DNA of 64,000 nt from an uncultured bacterium (GTDB lineage Bacteria; Margulisbacteria; WOR-1; CAVSGV01). How positions within the stretch are numbered: the stretch's first letter is position 1; every line of letters starts with the position of its first letter. The stretch lies in the NCBI GenBank assembly GCA_963768305.1, contig CAVYHE010000003.1, positions 192,001 through 256,000 of the forward strand, read 5' to 3'. This document shows positions 51,840 through 64,000 of the stretch, one piece after another. The position numbers were made by a program, and so were the translations under genes. The notes under the pieces are model-generated. The model was given only the letters and a program-made list of their open reading frames with translations. It made no database searches and had not been told where the DNA came from.

Positions 51840-52201
51840 TCTTCCGGTACTATTTTTCATAAAAAAGCCTGTAAGTATTAAGTTTGAACCCATTAAGGCC
51901 GTTATTGAAAAACGGTAGCTCAAGGTTCATTCTTTTCTGATGGCATGCCCTTTCAATGATATCATTCTCAATATAATCATACCCTATAAGTACGAAGAAT
52001 TCTATAGGGAATGTGCCGGTCGTTCTTTATCGAGGATCTCACTGCTCGCATCATTTGAAGCATCATCAATAACGATCAATTCAATGTTTTTATATGTCTG
52101 GCCGATAACGCTTTCAAGGGTTTCATCCGGGTATTTGGCGCCATAATAAACATAATAAACTGGAATTATTATTGAAACGGAGTTGTTTATTTAATTGCCA
52201 T
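51840..52201 (-). pseudogene. Truncated GT2 remnant
   Basis: VSIIIPVY...ETLESVIGQTYKNIELIVIDDASND then an early stop; 9-bp tandem duplication CATAATAAA at 52142-52159. Confidence 0.6.
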
Positions 52202-52255
52202 TGTTCCACATTTATACATCACGATCAAGAAGATGCACAATGACAATCAAAATAT

Positions 52256-52867
52256 TTAACTCTTTTCACCGATACAAAGGACGGATTTAGAGCCTCCTGG
52301 GATCATTGAGCATATCTTCCATTTGATCCTGTCCGGCAGTTTCCAGTAGAGCTTTGGCTTGCATATTAATGCGGGCTCAAGAAAAATGACCTTAAAGCTG
52401 TACATTTCCAAAAAAGATTTAAGACTTTCTGGCGTGTATGGCTTGACATGCGTGGGATCGTTGTAGAAATTCTTGGAATCAAGCTTCCAGTTAGGAGTAT
52501 TTATTATAACGATGCCTCCAGGCATTGTTATCCTTTTTATCTCCTTTATTATATTTGAGGGGTTCGACAGATGTTCCAGGACAGCGTTAAAATGTACAAC
52601 ATTAAAGCTGTTGTCAGCATATGGCAGCCTGTCTTTCTCAAAATCACAGCGTTCAATATCTATCCCCTCTGCCTCATAACCATACTTTTTGCAAGCCTTG
52701 CTGAAAAAATCAGTGCCGCAGCCAAGATCAAGAATTCTGGACTTGAATTTATCCCCAAGAATAGATTTATATGTTTTAATGTATCTTTCGTTCCATTTTA
52801 TCCAGTGTTCAGCAGAGAAGGTATCGATTTCCAGGTTGTCACGTGTTCTTTTATATTCTTTTTTCAT
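52256..52867 (-). CDS. Class I SAM-dependent methyltransferase
   Basis: ILDLGCG, LPYADNSF, VLEHL, FYNDPTH. Confidence 0.88.
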   Translation of the reverse strand: MKKEYKRTRDNLEIDTFSAEHWIKWNERYIKTYKSILGDKFKSRILDLGCGTDFFSKACKKYGYEAEGIDIERCDFEKDRLPYADNSFNVVHFNAVLEHLSNPSNIIKEIKRITMPGGIVIINTPNWKLDSKNFYNDPTHVKPYTPESLKSFLEMYSFKVIFLEPALICKPKLYWKLPDRIKWKICSMIPGGSKSVLCIGEKS

Positions 52868-52873
52868 TTTACC

Positions 52874-53849
52874 TCATTTCAATAGAAGCTTTATTATCCT
52901 TCCCGCACCTTTCCCGTCCACGATCCCTTTCCCTTTCTTTGACAAGTTTATCAATATTTTCCTGTTTTGCATAAGCCATTTAATCGCTTCCGCGATGCTT
53001 TTGATGCCCACATGTTTATGATGACCAAGCCAGATAGAAGTTCTTAGCTTCTGAAAAGCAGCTGCATCTTTTGAGTCATGGTTAAAATTGCTTATTATCA
53101 CGGCCGGAACCCCCATATATGCCAACTCATATAATGTAGTCCCGAAAGCGGTGACCGCGATATCCGATCCAGCCATCAATTTTGCAATGCTTTTAGGTTT
53201 TTTAATCGTTAAAAACCTTGGATCTTTTATGATGCTTTTTGTTTTTGAAGCAGCACCCAGAACGATGATAGCTTTGAACTTATCTTTGACCGATCGCAGC
53301 GCTGATGCGACTTTTTCAGTCAAGTGTTTTGGATCGGCTCCGCCCATCGTGACAAGTATCGTGAAGGTATTATGTTTTTTCTTCTTGCTTTTCAGGAATT
53401 CGTCGTTCAAGGGAAAATATTTTGCACCGATGTATTTCTTTCCTTTAAACCCCTTCCAATTCAGCTGGCTGCTGATATGAGAGACCGGATAGATAACGAT
53501 ATCCGAAATAAGCCGAGCTTTGGTGCCATTGTCGACCAGACAGATCTTCAGATCCTTTCCCCCTTAAAAGTTTTATCTGCCTTGAAACATTATCTTTGCG
53601 GTCTATCACCGTCATTTTCGGCGCTATAAGCTTGAAAGCAATTGAAGAGCTTGTAATAGCTTTAAACCCTTTTTTCTTTACCATTCCCAGGATCGAACTG
53701 TCACCGTCAACAAAAAAATAAATGCTTTTATTTTTCCTGCGGATATATGAAGCGATCGCCAGGCAGCGCCTTAAATGGCCCAGTCCGGTCGTTGCTCCCG
53801 CTTTGGTAAAGAATAAATAATCACATTTGATCAAGATGCTTCCCTCCAT
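52874..53849 (-). CDS. pseG: PseG/SpsG-like UDP-sugar hydrolase (frameshifted near 53500)
   Basis: GLGHLRRCLAIA, ILVTMGGADP, DIAVTAFGTTLYELAYMGVP, VDGKGA.RI. Confidence 0.78.
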
Positions 53850-54733
53850 AACCTCGGGTTGATTATTTTTTCGGGGGCGGAACCCAATTGTTCAATTTTT
53901 GAAATAATATCTTTGGATAATGGGACTTTCCTAGCGATCGCGATGTTTTTCTGAAGTTGCGCGGCATTATCAACCCCGATCAGAACACTGCTGATCTCGT
54001 TTATACTTAAGGCATATCTTAACGCGAGTTCTTCAATGGACAGGTCATTTTGCCTGCAAATATCATCTTTCTTCTTTTGATAAGGGGAAAATCCCTGCAG
54101 GTCTTTGGGGAGCTTCTCCATAAAGAACAGTCCCTGGAGGAAAACGCTTCTCGCCAGAACGATCACGCCTTTTTCTTTGGCTTTTTTAAGGGAACCGTTA
54201 TCCATGAGCCGTTTGTCGATAAGGTTGAAAGGTATCTGTATGACCTCGATGCCTCGTATATTCAAGGACTTTTCTGCTTCTTCCGGAGTATATGTCGATA
54301 TTCCAAGTTTCCCAATGACGCCTTTCTTTTGTACTGCAAGCAGCTCCTTCAGAATAATGCCATTGTCTCTCTGCATGTCGCCGAAACGGTGGAAAAGATA
54401 GATCGGGATCTGGCTTATTCCAAGGTTAGACAGGGTTAGGGAGATCGAGCCGTGAAGATCCTCAATAATTTTTTTGGATTTGTCGCTCCATTTGACGGGC
54501 AGGACCTTGGATATAAAGATCAGTTTTGACCTGTCGCAATCTTTTAAGCATTTACCCAGCACCTCTTCGCTGTTGCCATAATCCGGCGATGTATCAAAAG
54601 CATTGATCCCGCCGTCTATCGCAGTCCTTATGATCTTTTCAACCTCCTGAAAGTTCGGTTTGCCGGCGAGGTTGTTGATCCCGTAATCCATCCCCAGCTG
54701 GGCAGTACCTAGGCAGAGTTTTGATAGTTTCAT
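53831..54733 (-). CDS. Aldo/keto reductase
   Basis: LCLGTAQLGMDYGI.N, FDTSPDYG.SE, QIPFN..D, ARSVFLQG. Confidence 0.9.
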   Translation of the reverse strand: MKLSKLCLGTAQLGMDYGINNLAGKPNFQEVEKIIRTAIDGGINAFDTSPDYGNSEEVLGKCLKDCDRSKLIFISKVLPVKWSDKSKKIIEDLHGSISLTLSNLGISQIPIYLFHRFGDMQRDNGIILKELLAVQKKGVIGKLGISTYTPEEAEKSLNIRGIEVIQIPFNLIDKRLMDNGSLKKAKEKGVIVLARSVFLQGLFFMEKLPKDLQGFSPYQKKKDDICRQNDLSIEELALRYALSINEISSVLIGVDNAAQLQKNIAIARKVPLSKDIISKIEQLGSAPEKIINPRLWREAS

Positions 54734-54747
54734 AGATATCTGATACC

Positions 54748-56817
54748 TTAATTCAGTCTTTTGAAACCGGTCATGCATACCTGTCCTATGAGCAGCTTAT
54801 CAAGCATATTGTTGTCCATAGCATGCTTGACCTTTTTGAATACATCTTCAAGGTCATCCATGTATTTATCGACTATCTTTTTTGAATGAAGCGTGCACAC
54901 ATAGACCGAATTCCCGGCAAGATATCCTTTCTTCAGCATTTCCTGGGTAATTATTGTCTTGATTTTAAGATGGTCCCGATCAAAATCGAAATGAGTTAAA
55001 GATGGCAGTCCGCCTACATGCAGAGCAAGCCCGTGTTTTTCTGCAAGTTTTTCCCAGCATGAACCGATGTATCCCCCCATCTTATCTATTCCGGCGGGGA
55101 CATTATCGCGTTCCATTATATGAAGGGTCGCGAGCGCTGCGGCCGGTCCTATGCGTTCCGTCCAGAAGGTGCTGCTAATAAATGTGGATTGCGCGGCATC
55201 CATGACACTGCGTTTGCCTATAACGGCTCCGATCGGATAACCGTTCCCGAGAGCTTTGCCCAGGATAGCAATGTCCGGATCTATGCCGTAATGAAGATGT
55301 ATCCCGCCAAGGACCTTCCTGAAACCCGATGTAACCTCATCGAAGATAAGAACAATATTATGTTTTGTCGCAAGGGTCCGGACCTTTTTAAGGAAATCGT
55401 CTTTTGGCCCCTTGTCGCGGACAGGCTCCATTATGATCACGCCTATATCATTTGTTTGGATTATTTTCTCCAACTGGTCAAGCCTGTTATATTCGAACGG
55501 GATCGCTGATCCTTTCAATCCTCTTGGGACGCCTTTGGGTTCCAGACCAGGGAGCAGCTGGCCATCCAGGTTCTTATCATTCGCAAGATTTGCCGCAAGA
55601 TACCAGTCGCTCCAGCCGTGATAACCGCAAAAAGCTACGCCGTCCTTTCCTGATGCCGCGCGGCCTATCCTTACGGCTATAGCGCAGGATTCCCCGCCTG
55701 TCCTTGCAAAGCGGACCATTTCCGCCCATGGATGCAATTCGATGAGCTTTTCAGCCAGCCTGACCTCTTCAGGGCAATTAAGCGTTGAGGCTGATCCATT
55801 TTTGACAGCATTAATAACTGCTTTATTCACTTCTTCATTCGCATACCCCAGTACATTTGTCCCTATGCCCATTATGGTCATGTCCGTATATTTTTTGCCG
55901 TCAAGGTCCCAGACGGTTATGCCTTTTGCTTTCTGGTAATATGCGGGCCAATAATCAGGAAGGAACATTTCGGGCCTTTTGGAAAGCAGCATGGTTCCGC
56001 CGGGTATAATAGTCTTAGCTTTTTTATACAGCAGCTGGGATCTTCCAATGGTGAGGCCTTTTCCAATGGTTGCATCCGCTTTAAGGGATTTTTTATATCC
56101 TTCAAATTTGTCGTGGCCTTTGTTGATCATCACAAGGTCCTTGTTCTTCTTCAGGTAATCTGCAATTTCATCCAGGTGGAAGATCCCATCCTTACGGTAA
56201 AGGGCTTTGTAAATAATGGTGACCAGATCCAAGTCCTCTTTATGGTCCACAGTAAGGCGGATATTCCCATAGCCCTTATTTGTCGATAGCTTGCCGATTT
56301 TAAAGATCTTCGGGTTTTTCCATATATACGGAGTTACATGTTCCCTTTCAGATGCCAATTTAGCTTCAAAAAACGCTTTTTCCAGCGTTTTGAAAGTGAA
56401 TACCTCGGAGTCAAAGCCGTTCGGATAAGTGTTAATATCAACACCAAGGTAATCGTAGCCGCCTTTGCGAAATTTCTCTATGGCTTTATCGGTGATATCG
56501 GGGTCAATGAGCGGGCAATCCGCGGTGATCCTTACCACTACGGTCGCCTTGTATTTTTTCGCCGCGTAATAATACCTCTCCAGTACGTCATTCTCGCTTC
56601 CGGCAAAGAAGTCTATCCCGTTCTTTCTCGCGAATCGTGTAATAACTTTATCTTTTTCGTCGGTCGTAGTGGCAATAACTATCTTGTCTATCTTTTTGCT
56701 GTGCCGGATCCTGTTGATAAGATGCCATAGCATGGGCTTTCCCAAAAGATCCGCCATTGTCTTGTTGGGCAGACGGCTTGAACCCATCCTTGCCTGAATT
56801 ATCGCCACGGTGCTCAT
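54748..56817 (-). CDS. Fusion of an SpsF-like cytidylyltransferase and a class III (HemL-like) aminotransferase
   Basis: N-half IIQARMGSSRLPNK, GSENDVL.RY, RITADCP, REHVTPY, RLTVD; C-half RFARTGGE, YHGW.DW, FDEVTSGFR, GKALGNGYP; one continuous 689-aa ORF. Confidence 0.9.
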   Translation of the reverse strand: MSTVAIIQARMGSSRLPNKTMADLLGKPMLWHLINRIRHSKKIDKIVIATTTDEKDKVITRFARKNGIDFFAGSENDVLERYYYAAKKYKATVVVRITADCPLIDPDITDKAIEKFRKGGYDYLGVDINTYPNGFDSEVFTFKTLEKAFFEAKLASEREHVTPYIWKNPKIFKIGKLSTNKGYGNIRLTVDHKEDLDLVTIIYKALYRKDGIFHLDEIADYLKKNKDLVMINKGHDKFEGYKKSLKADATIGKGLTIGRSQLLYKKAKTIIPGGTMLLSKRPEMFLPDYWPAYYQKAKGITVWDLDGKKYTDMTIMGIGTNVLGYANEEVNKAVINAVKNGSASTLNCPEEVRLAEKLIELHPWAEMVRFARTGGESCAIAVRIGRAASGKDGVAFCGYHGWSDWYLAANLANDKNLDGQLLPGLEPKGVPRGLKGSAIPFEYNRLDQLEKIIQTNDIGVIIMEPVRDKGPKDDFLKKVRTLATKHNIVLIFDEVTSGFRKVLGGIHLHYGIDPDIAILGKALGNGYPIGAVIGKRSVMDAAQSTFISSTFWTERIGPAAALATLHIMERDNVPAGIDKMGGYIGSCWEKLAEKHGLALHVGGLPSLTHFDFDRDHLKIKTIITQEMLKKGYLAGNSVYVCTLHSKKIVDKYMDDLEDVFKKVKHAMDNNMLDKLLIGQVCMTGFKRLN

Positions 56818-57836
56818 TATTTGATCGCCTCATTTTCTTTAAAATTATACTTTGACCTTTTGCCGACAATAGAATTTAATTTTCGAGGGGGCAGCCCGTA
56901 AGCGTGCCGGACTATCTTTACCATATTCTCTTTGATAACAGTGCCTTTTTTGATGGGAACAGCGGCGTATAAGCTCCTTCTAGCGCCGATCCTTTCGGGG
57001 ATCTCGTTTTTTGACGGCTCCTTTTTCCCCGAGCCAAGGGCCTGTTCCATGTTCCTTATATCATTGACCATGTTTTTGAATTCATTTATCTCAAGCGCGT
57101 ACGGATGATCGGGCCCTTTAAGCTTCCTGCTGAACGTAATGTGCTTTTCAATGACCTTCGCGCCCAGGGCAACCGCGCCAAGAGGCACAACATCTCCGGG
57201 TGTATGATCTGAATATCCGACAGGAACATTAAAGGTCTTATTAAGGGTCACCATAGCCCTGATATTGGAATCGCTGAATTGAGGCGGATAAAGAGACGCG
57301 CAATGGAGAAGGATGATATTACGGCCGCCGTGTTTTTTAATAAAGTTGACGGCTTCCCTGACTTCATTAAGATAAGCGGCTCCGGTCGATAAAATTATGG
57401 GCTTTTTGAACCCGGCGACCTGTTTTAACAAGGGGAAGTTCGTCAATTCGCCGGAAGCGATCTTAAAAGCAGGCATTCCAAGCTTATTCAGAAGGGTAGC
57501 TTTTTTGCTTTCAAAAGGCGCCGAAAGGAATATCACTCCGCATTTCCTGGCGTGATCCATCAGGGGCTTAAGCCATTTATCCGGAAGTTCAAGCTTTTTT
57601 ATTATCGGATACGCAGGGTGGGGGACCCATTTTTTATTTTCCAGCTTAAAAGGGTTCAAAAGGCCTTCAGCCGAAAAAGATTGGAATTTTACCGCATCAG
57701 CTCCAGCTTCCGCCGCGGCCTTAATGAGCTTTTTCGCCTGCGCCAGTTTACCGTCATGGTTTGACCCGATCTCAGCGATGATAAAGACGGGAGATGTTTC
57801 ATCGATCATTCTATTCCCTATTTTGATCGGCTTCAT
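56817..57836 (-). CDS. Nonulosonic acid synthase (PseI/NeuB/SpsE) with a SAF domain
   Basis: IIAEIGSNHDG, ADAVKFQ, FKIASGE, GYSDHT, IEKHIT, ARRSLYA. Confidence 0.92.
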   Translation of the reverse strand: MKPIKIGNRMIDETSPVFIIAEIGSNHDGKLAQAKKLIKAAAEAGADAVKFQSFSAEGLLNPFKLENKKWVPHPAYPIIKKLELPDKWLKPLMDHARKCGVIFLSAPFESKKATLLNKLGMPAFKIASGELTNFPLLKQVAGFKKPIILSTGAAYLNEVREAVNFIKKHGGRNIILLHCASLYPPQFSDSNIRAMVTLNKTFNVPVGYSDHTPGDVVPLGAVALGAKVIEKHITFSRKLKGPDHPYALEINEFKNMVNDIRNMEQALGSGKKEPSKNEIPERIGARRSLYAAVPIKKGTVIKENMVKIVRHAYGLPPRKLNSIVGKRSKYNFKENEAIK

Positions 57837-58774
57837 GCCTGCTCCTTTAGCCATTCGTATTCCTTTTCAAGGCCGGCCTTGATCTGGACTTTCGGCATAT
57901 AACTCAAAACGGACATCGCCTTTGAAATATCCGCCGCAGTATGGTTCACATCGCCTTTTTGGTTTGCTAGATATTTTACTTTGGCTTTTTTACCCGAAAT
58001 ATTCGCAAGCATCTTTATTGTGTCATTTACCATTATCCTTGAACCTCCGCCTATATTGAATATTTCTCCGGAATGGCAGGTGCAGTTCACGGCTTTAATG
58101 TTGGCATCTACAACATCCGAGATAAATGTAAAATCTCTTGTCTGCTGGCCGTTACCATATATCGTTATATTCTCGCCTTTGATGATGGACCTGATGAACC
58201 TGTTAAATCCCATGTCCGGCCGCTGCCTGGGCCCGTAAACAGAAAAATATCTCAGCGAAATTACCGGAAGGCCGTAATTCTTTGAATATAAGCGGCAAAG
58301 GTTTTCGGCCGCTAGTTTTGTGACGCCGTAGGGCGAAACGGGTTCTGGCGCGTCTGTTTCCGACGTGGGATATTTTTCGGCATCGCCGTAAACAGAGGAA
58401 GAAGACGCAAAAACCATTTTCTTTATGTCCGAGTTTTTTATGGCTTCAAGCAGTTTCTGGGTGGCCAATATATTATCCTCTACATAAACGGAGAAGCTCT
58501 TTCCCCAGCTGGCTCTTACGCCCGGCTGAGCCGCTTCATGAAAAACAAGATCAATGCCTTTAAGCGCCAGATCAATATCCATTTTGATCAGGTTCTCTTT
58601 GATAAGCCTGAAATTCTTATTTTTCAGGCATAATGAAAGATTCGATTCTTTTATCTTTTTGTCATAATAATCGGTGAAACAGTCTACTCCGGCAACTTCA
58701 AAGCCTTCTGAAAGCAGCCGCTCGCATAAATGCGACCCGATAAACCCAGCGGCACCGGTGACCAGGGCCTTCAT
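57833..58774 (-). CDS. NAD-dependent nucleotide-sugar 4-epimerase (UDP-glucuronate epimerase-like)
   Basis: TGAAGFIG, AAQPGVRASW, SSSSVYG, YGVTK, YGPRQRPDM. Confidence 0.9.
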   Translation of the reverse strand: MKALVTGAAGFIGSHLCERLLSEGFEVAGVDCFTDYYDKKIKESNLSLCLKNKNFRLIKENLIKMDIDLALKGIDLVFHEAAQPGVRASWGKSFSVYVEDNILATQKLLEAIKNSDIKKMVFASSSSVYGDAEKYPTSETDAPEPVSPYGVTKLAAENLCRLYSKNYGLPVISLRYFSVYGPRQRPDMGFNRFIRSIIKGENITIYGNGQQTRDFTFISDVVDANIKAVNCTCHSGEIFNIGGGSRIMVNDTIKMLANISGKKAKVKYLANQKGDVNHTAADISKAMSVLSYMPKVQIKAGLEKEYEWLKEQA

Positions 58775-59921
58775 TTGTTCCTCCAATTATTGATGGTATC
58801 TTTGACAGCCTTTACCACGAAATTAACATCGCTATCGGTCATTTTTTGATGCAGAGGGAGCGATATCTCGCTCTCATAATATGAAACGGCGGCCGGGAAG
58901 TCGCTCCTTTTATACCCATATTTTTTCGCATAATACGGCTGCAGCGGAAGGGGTATATAATGAACATTCACGCCCAAGCCAAGCCTCCTGAGGTTAGTAA
59001 AGATCGATAGCTTTTTCGATATCAATTTTGAGCTTAGCTTTATTGGATAAAGATGGTACGAGGACTTTGCAAATCCTTTTTCAACAGGGATTCCGATCTC
59101 ATCTATATTGGCGAAAGCCTTGTTGTATTTAGCTGCGATCTGTCTTCTTGCCTTGATGAACTTATCAAGCTTTGAAAGCTGCGAAATGCCGAGCGCGCAC
59201 TGGATATCCGTCAATCTGTAATTATAACCAAGTTCCCGCATTTCATAATACCACGGCCCATCGCCTTTAACATCGCGCGTGATCCCGTGCGTCCTGAATT
59301 GAACAAGCTTGTCACGGAATTCGCGGCTGTTCGTCAAGACCATCCCGCCTTCTCCTGTAGTTATGTTCTTTACGGCATGAAATGACAGGACTGTCATATC
59401 GGCCAATGTGCCGACCTTTTTCCCTTTATAGCGCGCCCCCAAAGAATGAGCGGCATCTTCAATAACTATCAGACCATTGTCTTTCGCTATGCGGTTTATC
59501 GCGTCCATATCGCAGGGGTGGCCGGCATAATCCACCGGAATTATGGCCCTGGTTTTTGAGGAAACTTTCTTTTTTATCTCTTTGATTGATATCGAGCCGG
59601 AACCGTCATTTTCGATATCCGCAAAAACGGGCGTTCCTCCGCAAAAAGCGACGCAATTAGCCGAAGCGACAAAAGTGATAGGCGAGGTGATAACTTCATC
59701 GCCGGGACCGATACCAGCGGCAAAACAGGCGCCATGAAGTGCCGATGTTCCGGAATTGAAGGAAATGGCAAATTTTGCCCCGCAGTATTTGGCGACTTTT
59801 TTTTCGAATTCTTCTACTTTCGGTCCTTGAGTAAGAAAATCAGATCTTAAAACAGATGCAACGGCTTTTATATCGCCAGCATCGATCGATTGTGTTGAAT
59901 AAGGGATAAACTTTCTTTTCA

Positions 59922-59922
<1 letters not shown>
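58771..59922 (-). CDS. pseC: UDP-4-amino-4,6-dideoxy-N-acetyl-beta-L-altrosamine transaminase
   Basis: IPYSTQSID..DI.AV..VLRSDFLTQGP, SFHAVKNITTGEGG, GYNYRLTDIQCALG; directly after pseB. Confidence 0.9.
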
Positions 59923-62597
<2,675 letters not shown>

Positions 62598-62623
<26 letters not shown>

Positions 62624-63822
62624 TCAATATCTCCTTAGCGATCTTTTGCGCGGCGCCGGGCCCGCCGAGAGCTCTTCTTAACTGTTCGCTCATTTGCTGA
62701 AGTTCATCGGGGTTATTCAGAAGCTTGTCGATCAAGTCAGCGACATCAATAGCTTGAATGTTACCCACCATTTCCGGAACAATGGCCCTGCCTGTTTTAA
62801 TGTTCGGGATAGCGAAAAACCTTGTCTTTTTGAGAATCATTTTAACATATTTCTTCTTGAAATAATATCCCAGGACAGGGATCCTCCCTATCAGGTCCCA
62901 GACCCCTTCAAGCGGGATCATATTGAAGCTGTTAAAGGGGAAAATGGATATCATAGGCGTGCCGATCACTGCGACCTCCGCGGTGTTCGTTCCGGGTATG
63001 GTCACAATAAGGTCGGAGGCCGCCATGCCGTCAAATTGATCGTTATTGATCAACTTTACGGGGATATCATTGACCATGATATGATCATTTACGGTTATTG
63101 ATCCTGAATTTTTAAGCTGGCGGCGGAACTTATCCGCGGCCAAAAAGGGAGAAATAATATACGCGAATTGAAGATCATTTCTCTTTTTTGATATCAACTT
63201 TATTATCTCAGGATAAAAAGACAGGGTGTATTTGATCTGGAATTCCCGGCTTCCGGGAAGGAAGGCGATCAGCTTCTTTCCGGCATCCATTCTGTTTAAC
63301 TCAAAGAAATCTTTTTTTGATCTTTTTACCTTTATGCTGTCCACCATCAGGTTGCCGACGATCTTTAATTTATCTTCCGGAAAACCCTGACCTTTGAATT
63401 TTTCATAAATGATCGAGTCGGGCATCAGGAATTTACCGTATATTTCCGGCCATTTCGCATAAGCTTCCGAGTAGGCTATTGCAGGATAACTCAGCCTTTT
63501 CGCGATGATCTTCCCGTACAGAAGGTCCCCGCCCATGAACACCACTATGCCTTTTTTGCCGAGATTGGTCCCTTTTGGACGCATCCTTAATAATGCCCAT
63601 TTGATGAAATCGCCCGCGGTAACAACGTTCTTTACTCCGGGTAAACTGCGCGCGATCCCGATTTCTTTCCCGGTAGAGTAGGGGCATGGGGTAAAAACAA
63701 TGGTGATATCAAGGACTCTCGATAATTTGACGAGTTCATTCAATGGTCGGACGAACGTAAGAAGAAAGTTCGCCGGGGCCGTTCACAAGGATCACAACGT
63801 CGATATTTTCTTGAGATGACAT
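62598..63822 (-). CDS. lpxB: Lipid-A-disaccharide synthase-like GT-B protein (cyanobacterial type), frameshifted near 63740
   Basis: MSSQENIDVVILVNGPGELSSYVRP, FMGGD, VGNLMVD, FLPGSR, TIPGTNTAE, FAIPNI....IVPE. Confidence 0.72.
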
Positions 63823-63852
63823 AGAGGGATATTATACCAGTTAGAGGGGGAA

Positions 63853-64000
63853 TTATACAGATTTGAAACGTTCGAAGAGGAAATTACCTTTCATGTCCAC
63901 AGCTCCATATCGGCAAAGTTCCCTGCAGCAGAAGCACATTATGCATGAATGAGGATCAATTTTGAACGTTTCGCCGTCGATCGCCTTTGCAGGGCAGGAG
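63853..64000 (-). CDS. C-terminus of a 4Fe-4S dicluster protein (possibly DUF362-type), truncated by the window edge
   Basis: SCPAKAI...CIMCFCCRELCRYGAV...*. Confidence 0.65.
   Translation of the reverse strand, partial: SCPAKAIDGETFKIDPHSCIMCFCCRELCRYGAVDMKGNFLFERFKSV

Overview
Bacterial chromosomal window with no CRISPR array, transposase or rRNA seen. Two cyanobacterial-type LpxB-like genes and Lpt/MsbA genes indicate a diderm; a Margulisbacteria/Saganbacteria-like lineage is only a guess. Bases 1-17.8 kb are housekeeping and transport: trpB2, rubrerythrin, two tRNA-Leu genes, accA/accD, rpsT, ispE, a TolC-AbrB-HlyD-ABC efflux operon with a second MacAB-like module, trxB, an LptC/LptA-like protein and a TPR protein. 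Bases 17.8-63.8 kb are a mostly minus-strand surface-glycan locus. It holds many GT2/GT4 and two GT-C-like glycosyltransferases, three DegT aminotransferases, four methyltransferases and a pseudaminic-acid-type pathway (PseB, C, G, H, I). It also carries unusual accessory enzymes: a cytidylyltransferase fused to a class III aminotransferase, an aldo-keto reductase, an Fe-ADH, an SDR, a split transketolase, a DXS-like enzyme with altered acceptor residues, an ATP-grasp ligase and a GH57-like protein. This set is the best candidate for an undescribed pathway. Read directly from the DNA: four gene-deletion scars in the glycan locus, a tRNA-Leu(CAA) whose 3' acceptor strand matches an upstream interrupted tRNA 5' fragment better than its own 5' end, and repeated extended -10 boxes 6-12 nt before start codons. 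About 20 genes, including essential ones, are frameshifted, most likely from sequencing or assembly indels.
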